Below, one piece after another: positions 6,140 to 12,107 of a stretch of 27,899 nt of DNA. Within the stretch, counting starts at the first letter, position 1. Every line of letters begins with the position of its first letter. The translations under genes were made by a program, and so were the position numbers. The DNA is from a virus (Duplodnaviria > Heunggongvirae > Uroviricota > Caudoviricetes), in the IMG/VR virus record IMGVR_UViG_3300042563_002362; one strand, given 5' to 3'. Below the pieces are notes generated by a model. It had not been told where the DNA came from. It saw only the letters and a list, made by a program, of their open reading frames with translations, and did not search any database.

Positions 6140-6215
6140 GGGCTCGGTATGAATGGCGATGTTCTCAGTGGGATTAAGTTCCCGCCTTCGGGTTGCTGAG
6201 GTTGTATGCCTGCCA
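6140..6215 (+). ncRNA. Small structured RNA ending in CCA
   Basis: ctcag/ctgag stem with two hairpins, one with a UUCG loop; ends TGCCA. Confidence 0.35.
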
Positions 6216-6230
6216 AAGTTCATACACAAT

Positions 6231-6305
6231 GCTGCTATCGTCTATCGGTTAGGACAAATGGTTTTCAACCATTAGAGCGGGGTTCAACTCCCCGTAGCAG
6301 TACCA
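6231..6305 (+). tRNA. tRNA-Glu(TTC)
   Basis: aatgg TT-TTC-AA ccatt; CCA. Confidence 0.9.
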
Positions 6306-6313
6306 ATTTTCAA

Positions 6314-6506
6314 CTGAATCGGAGATTAGAGGTAAGTTGAGTAACAACGCCCCGCTAGGTTAATAGGCAAACCGGCATGCTTCTGTAAGTGCTCGAGCTA
6401 AAGGAAGCCATGTGTGTACAGCATGAAAACGCAGTTCTGGGTTCGATCCCCAGGCGGGGCTGCTCTAATAAACAACGAGGCGTCATTCCACGCCTACAAG
6501 ATTCGG
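6314..6506 (+). ncRNA. tRNA-like domain embedded in a long closing stem
   Basis: Core gccccgc/gcggggc with D arm ggtt/aacc and T arm ctggg TTCGATC cccag; outer attagag/ctctaat and ctgaatc/gattcgg. Confidence 0.6.
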
Positions 6507-6516
6507 AAATTTTCAA

Positions 6517-6591
6517 CAGGATGTGGCTTGACTGGGAAGCGCTTAGTTTGGGGCTAAGAATATGAAGGTTCGAATCCTTTCATCCTGACCA
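6517..6591 (+). tRNA. tRNA-Pro(TGG)
   Basis: caggatg/catcctg; cttag TT-TGG-GG ctaag; CCA. Confidence 0.88.
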
Positions 6592-6598
6592 ATTTCAT

Positions 6599-6683
6599 GG
6601 GCTGGTGTGGCCGAGCTGAGCTGGCGATCATCATGATAGTTCGAAAGAACCTTAAGGAAGTTTGAATCTTCCACTGTCCACCA
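6599..6683 (+). ncRNA. Degenerate class II tRNA-like gene, anticodon undetermined
   Basis: D arm gcc/ggc, variable arm gttc-gaaa-gaac, T arm ggaag TTTGAAT cttcc, CCA. Confidence 0.5.
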
Positions 6684-6694
6684 ATTTTTCATAT

Positions 6695-6780
6695 GGGTAG
6701 GTATACCGTTAAGGAGACGGTTCGGACTGTAAATCCGACGCTTTCGAGCTCGCTGGGATCGTTCCCCAGACTGCCCACCA
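6695..6780 (+). tRNA. tRNA-Tyr(GTA)
   Basis: tcgga CT-GTA-AA tccga; variable arm; CCA. Confidence 0.88.
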
Positions 6781-6873
6781 TTTTATAAATTCGTTCACGT
6801 GGTGGTGACGACTACAGGAGCCTAGGTCCCTACAGCAATGCTAATGCATGCAACCTTTAATTTTCAAAACAAT

Positions 6874-6958
6874 GCGTGTGTGGGCCAATGGTCGGTCATC
6901 TGACTCTTAATCAGCGGAAGAAATTCCTATGCAGGTTCGAATCCTGTCGCACGTACCA
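6874..6958 (+). tRNA. tRNA-Lys(CTT) with long variable arm
   Basis: ctga CT-CTT-AA tcag; extra gga/tcc arm; CCA. Confidence 0.85.
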
Positions 6959-6966
6959 ATTTCAAT

Positions 6967-7041
6967 GGGCTGTTAGTATAACGGATAATACGCTGCGCTA
7001 CGAACGCAGAGATCCAGGTTCGATTCCTGGGCGGCCTACCA
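6967..7041 (+). tRNA. tRNA-Arg(ACG)
   Basis: ctgcg CT-ACG-AA cgcag; CCA. Confidence 0.92.
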
Positions 7042-7051
7042 ATTTCAATAT

Positions 7052-7128
7052 CCGAGAGTAGCTTTAATTGGTAAAAGCCCTCCCTGTGAAGGAGCACAAT
7101 GTGGGTTCGAGTCCCACCTCGCGGACCA
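7052..7128 (+). tRNA. tRNA-His(GTG) with A73 and no genomic G-1
   Basis: ctcc CT-GTG-AA ggag; 3' end ctcgcgg-A-CCA; base -1 is T. Confidence 0.85.
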
Positions 7129-7166
7129 ATTTAGCTGACATATACGTCATGACGGTATGTTGGCAA

Positions 7167-7239
7167 TTTACACCAGTGAAGCGGGCAGAGATGCCAGCGA
7201 AGTATTCGTCACCAGTGAAAGTCGGTTTAACGGTGTAGA
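7167..7239 (+). ncRNA. Mini-cloverleaf structured element
   Basis: tttacacc/ggtgtaga enclosing three short hairpins. Confidence 0.35.
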
Positions 7240-7277
7240 TCATTTTCTCGATGTGGTTTGCAGACTGCATCGGACAA

Positions 7278-7407
7278 GTAAGCGAACATAAGAACGCATG
7301 ATGCTGCAACTGATTGCAAGTAAGGTGAGGTAATCGTCTAATAGAAGGACACCAGCTAGAAAAGCTGGGAACATTGGTGCAAATCCAATTTACTTTTTGT
7401 CGCTTAC
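7278..7407 (+). ncRNA. tRNA-like domain (7327-7396) inside a long closing stem
   Basis: gtaagcga/tcgcttac; core gaggtaa/ttacttt, ccagc-tagaaaa-gctgg, attgg TGCAAAT ccaat. Confidence 0.5.
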
Positions 7408-7420
7408 AAGTTTTTCAAAT

Positions 7421-7502
7421 GGGGCGCGGTAAAGCGTAAGGCAGGGTTTTTGTAATTGATTCATTTCAAGCCCGGGAGGTTAGATTCCTCTGCGCTCCAC
7501 CA
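7421..7502 (+). ncRNA. tRNA-like RNA with Ala acceptor identity and 18-nt anticodon loop
   Basis: ggggcgc/gcgctcc (G3.U70), A73, CCA; gggttt/aagccc stem; gagg TTAGATT cctc. Confidence 0.6.
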
Positions 7503-7514
7503 ATTTTTCTTTAT

Positions 7515-7590
7515 GGGCTCGCATGTTCCTCGGGGGCGAGAAGCACTTGCAATGCATCTGTGGCCGGTTCGATTCCGGTCGGGTCCACCA
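7515..7590 (+). tRNA. tRNA-Ala(TGC)
   Basis: G3.U70, loop CT-TGC-AA, A73, CCA. Confidence 0.82.
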
Positions 7591-7600
7591 ATTTTCAAAT

Positions 7601-7690
7601 GTGGTTCATCGGAAGCAGTCTTTAGGTGGGCTGAGGTGACTGTCGGTAAAACTGTTAAACACCCTATGCCAGTCCCTCCCGATGAACTAC
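7601..7690 (+). ncRNA. Orphan long-stem RNA
   Basis: 12-bp gtggttcatcgg/ccgatgaactac stem with inner helices. Confidence 0.45.
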
Positions 7691-7697
7691 GCCTTTT

Positions 7698-7803
7698 GGG
7701 TATAGCAGCGGTGCGGAAGAAGGTTCGATTCCTTCATGATTCATTGAATCAACATGGTGTTGCGGCGACGGCCACCTTGGGTTCAACTCCCAATATATCC
7801 ACC
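7698..7803 (+). ncRNA. tRNA-like RNA with two T arms
   Basis: gggtata/tatatcc; gaagg TTCGATT ccttc and ttggg TTCAACT cccaa. Confidence 0.5.
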
Positions 7804-7817
7804 TTTTCTTAGTTAAT

Positions 7818-7892
7818 GCTGGCATCGTCTAATGGTCAGGACATCTGGTTTTCAACCAGCAGATCGGAGTTCAATTCTCCGTGCCAGTACCA
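7818..7892 (+). tRNA. tRNA-Glu(TTC)
   Basis: ctgg TT-TTC-AA ccag; CCA. Confidence 0.9.
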
Positions 7893-7897
7893 ATTTA

Positions 7898-7975
7898 GAG
7901 CGGCTCTTGTGTCTAGGAAGAGTCTCCAAAGAGTCAAGGATATGACTTGCTGCCGTTAACTCGGAACGGATTCCA
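7898..7975 (+). ncRNA. Multi-hairpin element ending TCCA
   Basis: gctctt/aagagt, agtca/tgact, ccgtt/aacgg; shares CTCTTGTGTCTA with the 9525 element. Confidence 0.35.
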
Positions 7976-7982
7976 ATTTTAT

Positions 7983-8073
7983 GGAGGTATGACAGAGCGG
8001 TAACTGTGTCTGTTTGCTAAACAGAAGCCACCCTTGATCGGGTGCGTCGGTTCGATCCCGGCTACCTCCGCCA
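7983..8073 (+). tRNA. tRNA-Ser(GCT)
   Basis: tctgt TT-GCT-AA acaga; variable arm; G73; CCA. Confidence 0.9.
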
Positions 8074-8081
8074 ATTTCAAT

Positions 8082-8158
8082 CGCGGGTTCGACAGGAGGT
8101 GGTTCCTGCCGGGTTTCATAAGCCTAGTACGTCGGTTCGAGTCCGACACCCGCAACCA
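8082..8158 (+). tRNA. tRNA-fMet(CAT), second copy
   Basis: C1xA72; loop TT-CAT-AA; CCA. Confidence 0.78.
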
Positions 8159-8170
8159 ATTTTCTAACAT

Positions 8171-8226
8171 GGCCCGTTCGTTTAATGGATAGGACTGCTC
8201 CCTTCTAAGGAGACAATAGAGGTTCG
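8171..8226 (+). pseudogene. 3'-truncated tRNA-Arg(TCT), broken in the T-loop
   Basis: D loop with A20, ctcc CT-TCT-AA ggag, agagg ttcg, then HNH leader. Confidence 0.75.
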
Positions 8227-8241
8227 TAAGTTCGGTATTTG

Positions 8242-8249
8242 TATAAATA
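8242..8249 (+). promoter_or_regulatory. Late promoter TATAAATA
   Basis: Exact motif 5 nt before ATG 8255, inside palindrome gtattt-gtat-aaatac. Confidence 0.75.
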
Positions 8250-8254
8250 CTTTC

Positions 8255-8938
8255 ATGGATTACAAACGTATCTATGATGAACTTATTGCTTTTAGACAAG
8301 CTAACATTCCGTCCGGTTATGTTGAGCGTCATCATATTATCATGCGTTCTCTCGGTGGTTTGGATGATTCTATAAATCTTGTCGCATTAACTGGACGAGA
8401 GCATTGGATTGCTCATTTACTTCTTCATAAGATATATCGACGTTCTGAAACTGCTCATGCATGTAATATGATGGCAATGCGGTGTGAAGAACGCGGCATT
8501 GGATACATTAAGAATTCTAGAATGTATGAAAAGATTCGTAAGGAATGTGCGAAGCTAACTTCGATTAGAAATTCAGCTTCTCAATCTGGAGAACGCAATT
8601 CCCAACACGGTACACGTTGGATATGCAATATTGACCTTAAAGAAAACAAGAAGATTCTAAAGACTGATGCGATACCCGAAGGATGGATTGCTGGACGCGA
8701 TCATTGGAATCGTTTTATTGAAAAACAATGTTTGAAGTGTAAAACGATTTTCTTTGGTAAGCGCCTTGTCAAATATTGTTCTTCGGCATGCAGATCTCGT
8801 AAGTTAACGGACGAAGAAAAACATCATTTATCCAGGCAAGCTTTGCTATCAGGAAGAAATTCCGGTAAAAACAATGGCATGCATAAATCAAAACTTTCTC
8901 GATTGGCCTCGGTATCGGAACGTGCTTCTAACGCGTAG
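8255..8938 (+). CDS. HNH homing endonuclease (MobE-like), copy 2, with extra Cys-rich module
   Basis: N-terminal part highly similar to 3277 ORF; CLKC...YCSSAC. Confidence 0.9.
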   Translation: MDYKRIYDELIAFRQANIPSGYVERHHIIMRSLGGLDDSINLVALTGREHWIAHLLLHKIYRRSETAHACNMMAMRCEERGIGYIKNSRMYEKIRKECAKLTSIRNSASQSGERNSQHGTRWICNIDLKENKKILKTDAIPEGWIAGRDHWNRFIEKQCLKCKTIFFGKRLVKYCSSACRSRKLTDEEKHHLSRQALLSGRNSGKNNGMHKSKLSRLASVSERASNA

Positions 8939-8983
8939 AACCGTAATGGAACGATGTAGGTTCGATTCCTACTCGAGGCGCCA
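8906..8983 (+). pseudogene. tRNA-Arg(TCT)-like lacking a D arm, overlapping the HNH C-terminus
   Basis: gcctcgg/tcgaggc, 7-nt connector, acgtg CT-TCT-AA cgcgt, long variable region, canonical T arm, CCA. Confidence 0.6.
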
Positions 8984-9023
8984 CTTTCTGTAATAAGAGA
9001 CCTGATCAGAACTAATTTTCAAT

Positions 9024-9101
9024 GGCCGTGTAGCCCAATCGGCAGTAGGCAACAGACTTAAAATCTGTAAAGTGTGGGTTCGAGTCCCACCACGGCTACC
9101 A
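9024..9101 (+). tRNA. tRNA-Leu(TAA), short variable loop
   Basis: acaga CT-TAA-AA tctgt; CCA. Confidence 0.9.
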
Positions 9102-9108
9102 ATTTAAT

Positions 9109-9184
9109 TGGGGTGAGGCTTAATGGTATCAGCTCCCGACTCATAATCGGTGGATAGCGGGTTCGATTCCCGTCGCCCCTACCA
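9109..9184 (+). tRNA. tRNA(CAT), Met or Ile2
   Basis: ccga CT-CAT-AA tcgg; CCA. Confidence 0.82.
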
Positions 9185-9193
9185 AACATCTTA

Positions 9194-9294
9194 GCAGTAG
9201 AGAGGGAAAAGCAACCATGATGGTTGCCGGCGTCCCTCAGAGGGAGTCGTGTTCCTCTTAGTGTAAATGTCAAGACACGAACAAAGCACACTGC
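9194..9294 (+). ncRNA. Orphan multi-hairpin RNA
   Basis: gcagt/actgc; gcaacc/ggttgc; tcgtgt/acacga. Confidence 0.4.
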
Positions 9295-9305
9295 AAAATT
9301 TCAAA

Positions 9306-9338
9306 TCCTGAGTAGCTCAGTGGTAGTAGCGGGAGCCA
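9306..9338 (+). pseudogene. tRNA 5' fragment (acceptor and D arm only) ending GCCA
   Basis: tcctgag tagctcagtggtagtagc ggga gcca. Confidence 0.45.
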
Positions 9339-9347
9339 ATTTTTAAT

Positions 9348-9424
9348 TGTGGGAAGCTAATTGCAGCGATAGACGATTTCTGATCGGACGTCTATGAGAG
9401 GTTTAAGTCCCTGTCTCACAGCCC
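9348..9424 (+). ncRNA. Degenerate tRNA-like RNA with 13-nt anticodon loop
   Basis: tgtggga/tctcaca; atagacg/cgtctat; gg TTTAAGT cc. Confidence 0.45.
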
Positions 9425-9432
9425 TTTCTTAT

Positions 9433-9519
9433 GCCGCAGTCGCATAGTGGTCGATTGCACCGGTTTTGTAAACCGGATTGGAAACAACTCCGTCGGTTCG
9501 AATCCGACCTGCGGCTCCA
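9433..9519 (+). tRNA. tRNA-Thr(TGT) with long variable arm
   Basis: ccggt TT-TGT-AA accgg; ttg-gaaa-caa arm; U73; CCA. Confidence 0.88.
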
Positions 9520-9524
9520 AACTT

Positions 9525-9613
9525 TATGAAGCGACACTCTTGTGTCTAACGGCGGACGTTCAGTTAGTCCGATGATGGCCATCCTGTTGCAAGCAAACTA
9601 TATGTGCTTCATA
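9525..9613 (+). ncRNA. Orphan multi-hairpin RNA
   Basis: tatgaagc/gcttcata enclosing gacac/gtgtc, ggac/gtcc, gatg/catc. Confidence 0.45.
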
Positions 9614-9631
9614 ATTCTTTTCGTGGTGATA

Positions 9632-9764
9632 TATGACAGTTCCTTCTATTGTTACAGATGAGGTGGAGGTTCGAATCCTTCTGCTGCTGCAAAGTGCATA
9701 CCTAAACCGAATGCATTTCGTAGCGGTATAGCTTAATGGTTAGAGCGCGAAAAATACTGTCGTA
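9632..9764 (+). ncRNA. yrlA: YrlA-type Y RNA (circularly permuted tRNA mimic)
   Basis: Order: closing stem tatgacagt, T arm ggagg TTCGAAT ccttc, acceptor-like gctgctgc/gtagcggt capped by a hairpin, D arm gct-taatggtta-gagc, GCGAAAA, closing strand actgtcgta; Ro60 gene in the window. Confidence 0.78.
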
Positions 9765-9781
9765 GCCAGTTCCCGAAACAT

Positions 9782-9857
9782 GCATCTGTAGCTCAGTGGT
9801 TAGAGCACCTCCTTGATAAGGTGGGGGTCGTTGGTTCAAGTCCAACCAGGTGTACCA
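9782..9857 (+). tRNA. tRNA-Ile(GAT)
   Basis: Loop TT-GAT-AA; CCA. Confidence 0.88.
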
Positions 9858-9868
9858 ATTTTCAATAT

Positions 9869-9943
9869 CGGCGCTAAGCTTTAATGGTGAAGCATCAGGT
9901 TTTTACCCTGAGGAACTCGGATCGTTACCGAGAGCGCTGACCA
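9869..9943 (+). tRNA. tRNA-Lys(TTT)
   Basis: tcagg TT-TTT-AC cctga; CCA. Confidence 0.85.
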
Positions 9944-9950
9944 CTTTAAT

Positions 9951-10025
9951 GCTTGTGTAGCTCAACGGTAGAGCACGGAATTCTAACCTCCTGTGGTATG
10001 GGTTCAAATCCCATCATAAGCACCA
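9951..10025 (+). tRNA. Putative amber-suppressor tRNA (CTA)
   Basis: gcttgtg ta gctc aacggta gagc a cggaa TT-CTA-AC ctcct gtggt atggg TTCAAAT cccat cataagc a cca; canonical numbering puts CTA at 34-36. Confidence 0.68.
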
Positions 10026-10033
10026 CTCTCAAA

Positions 10034-10041
10034 GATAAATA
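10034..10041 (+). promoter_or_regulatory. Late-promoter-like GATAAATA
   Basis: One mismatch to TATAAATA, 5 nt before ATG 10047. Confidence 0.55.
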
Positions 10042-10046
10042 CAAAT

Positions 10047-10667
10047 ATGAAAACAAACGCATAGGTACAGAATGTTCTTGATGACATGTCGAGAACTCAA
10101 CAGACGGAAACACAAACGATATTGGATCATGGCTTAAGTGTGTGGTCTTTCTCAGAACGAATCTTGAGGAAGGATACCGATGGCATGAAGATACCAACTT
10201 GGTTCACTGATCATTATGGTTTTATACTTGACAATTTGCATAACGTTGAGATCATCAAAGAATACAACGTAATGCATGATTGTGGCAAGCCATACTGTTT
10301 AGAGATTGACGAGAATGGTAAAAGACATTTTCCTAATCATGCTGCTGTTTCCGAAAGAACTTATCGCGCTTTACCAGATTCCAAAGATGAGGTTGCACGC
10401 CTAATTGGTCTTGATATGTTGTTGCATACTGCAACCGCCGAAGAGGTCAATGCGCTCCGCCTAAGCATCGCTGATGCATTTACTTTGCTCCTAACTGCTT
10501 TCGCTGAAGTTCATTCAAACGCAAGTATGTTTGGAGGTACCGATAGCATATCCTTTAAGTCAAAGTGGAAGAAACTTGACCGAAGAGGTAAGATGTTAGT
10601 TTTAGATTTTTATGGAAGTCGCCCGGATGGACGAGGACACTGTCTTGAAAACAGCTGGGGCCTATAA
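10047..10667 (+). CDS. HD-domain-like phosphohydrolase with in-frame TAG at codon 6 (10062-10064); uninterrupted ORF from 10086
   Basis: ILDHG...MHDCGKPYC...HFPNHA motifs; MKTNA*VQNVLDDM is in frame with 10086; 3' end overlaps tRNA-Ser. Confidence 0.6.
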
Positions 10668-10702
10668 AGCCCTCGTGGGTTCGAACCCCACGGCTTCCGC
10701 CA
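10614..10702 (+). tRNA. tRNA-Ser(TGA)
   Basis: ctgt CT-TGA-AA acag; variable arm; G73; CCA. Confidence 0.9.
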
Positions 10703-10707
10703 ATTTT

Positions 10708-10796
10708 GGGTGTTGCTGAGGTTGGCTCCTCAAACGATTTCGAAAATCGTAGTGACCCTATGAAGGTCAGCGGTTCGATGCCGCCCTCACCCGCCA
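10708..10796 (+). tRNA. tRNA-Ser(CGA)
   Basis: acgat TT-CGA-AA atcgt; variable arm; G73; CCA; imperfect acceptor stem. Confidence 0.8.
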
Positions 10797-10927
10797 CTTC
10801 TCTAAAATGAGGAAATCCCGGACTTTACGGGTAAATATCCGCATAGGCGGCAAATTTTCCCCGAATTTCCTCTTTACGGCCATTTTTCCGCATTTTGAAA
10901 CTTTTTTCACGTTTGTGAATTTTCTTG

Positions 10928-10956
10928 TTTACATTTGCCGCAATTTGGTGTATAAT
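10928..10956 (+). promoter_or_regulatory. Early promoter TTTACA-N17-TATAAT
   Basis: Exact motif 8 nt before ATG 10965. Confidence 0.8.
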
Positions 10957-10964
10957 GGCGCTGT

Positions 10965-11297
10965 ATGGAACCGCTAAACATGAAAACGCTAGCCGATCAG
11001 GTTGCGCGCATTCAGGCGATTTTCGACACGCTTACGCCACATGCGCGTATAAGCACCGATTATGCGCCTGCCGATGACGGGTACCTGTCAATCCCTATCT
11101 TCATTGAGGGAGCTGATCTTGATTACCCAGCATACATTGAATTGGCTCCGCCAGATGATTATGATGAAACAGCTGCGCTTGGCATTGACGCGCAAAACGT
11201 ATTTGAGAAATTTCAATATTCCGCAAATGCGCTGAAGGGCATCAAAGAAAAGCACGCTCGACGCCTGCTTGATTTGGCCGCCGATTATATGCTGTAA
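10965..11297 (+). CDS. Hypothetical acidic protein
   Basis: 110-aa ORF directly after a promoter. Confidence 0.7.
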   Translation: MEPLNMKTLADQVARIQAIFDTLTPHARISTDYAPADDGYLSIPIFIEGADLDYPAYIELAPPDDYDETAALGIDAQNVFEKFQYSANALKGIKEKHARRLLDLAADYML

Positions 11298-11309
11298 TTG
11301 AAAACACAC

Positions 11310-11987
11310 ATGGCAAAAAATATCACAAAAATCATTGATGATTGCGGGAACATTCGTGTCACCCTCAATCAGGTGCATTGGCGCCGTATGCATTGCATTC
11401 AGCGTACATATGCTAGGCTGTTCGGCATTTCCGTAAAGGTGGCCGCTGGCTTGAATCAGTATTTCCATTACAAAGGTGGCGGGTACCCTCGTGAAAATTC
11501 ACCGCCTCGTTATGCTGATGCTGCTGACAAGCTTGCAAACATGTTCATTGGCGCTGATTACATTGGTGAAGGCCATGTAATTAACAAGTACCTTGAGCGT
11601 AATTTCGGGCTTAAGTTGGTGCGCACAAAGGCTGCTCCGCCGCTGAAAATGCGCAAAATCACAAAGGACCTTAACAAGAACTTTGTGGCAGGCAAGCTTG
11701 AGCACCTTAAGGGTATTACCGATCCTCAAGAAATGTTCATTGCACTGTTGCATGAAATGGACGCTACACAAGGCACCATTTGTCAAATGTCCGATCAAAT
11801 CAAGTACACTGGCTTTGCCAATGCTTCAAGCCAAATGAAAAGCGGCAAGCTTAAGAAAAGCTCGTTCTTGAAAATCGTTGGCACAAAGGCAGCTGCAATA
11901 CGCTCGACAATTAAAGGCACGCAGCGTAAGCGTGATTCAATTGACGACGCAGTGCTGATGTGCGACACGCTTAAGGACTGTGTATAA
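11310..11987 (+). CDS. Hypothetical basic protein
   Basis: Long ORF after 10965; ATG at 11310 preferred over TTG at 11298. Confidence 0.72.
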   Translation: MAKNITKIIDDCGNIRVTLNQVHWRRMHCIQRTYARLFGISVKVAAGLNQYFHYKGGGYPRENSPPRYADAADKLANMFIGADYIGEGHVINKYLERNFGLKLVRTKAAPPLKMRKITKDLNKNFVAGKLEHLKGITDPQEMFIALLHEMDATQGTICQMSDQIKYTGFANASSQMKSGKLKKSSFLKIVGTKAAAIRSTIKGTQRKRDSIDDAVLMCDTLKDCV

Positions 11988-11990
11988 ATA
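11983..11990 (+). promoter_or_regulatory. Late promoter TATAAATA for the Ala/tmRNA block
   Basis: Exact motif overlapping the stop codon; followed by hairpin gcggggc-gcaa-gccccgc. Confidence 0.65.
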
Positions 11991-12025
11991 AATTTCAACG
12001 CGGGGCGCAAGCCCCGCTGCATTAT

Positions 12026-12101
<76 letters not shown>

Positions 12102-12107
12102 CTTTAT

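Noticed and set aside
6599-6683. tRNA-Sec (TCA in the loop region)
   Set aside because: No U33-TCA-A37 loop in a proper stem and no Sec-type D or acceptor geometry.
9194-9294. SAM-I riboswitch (GAGGGA, GCAACC)
   Set aside because: Order and spacing do not fit, there is no AUC/GAU P1, and no downstream gene to regulate.
9951-10025. tRNA-Pyl or plain tRNA-Arg(TCT)
   Set aside because: It lacks the Pyl short D loop and 6-bp anticodon stem. The TCT register pairs worse and A20 is absent, so Arg is disfavoured but not excluded.
257-10797. Many ORF-track entries on both strands across the tRNA array
   Set aside because: They are translations of tRNA/ncRNA sequence or antisense shadows, with no promoter or start context and no motifs.
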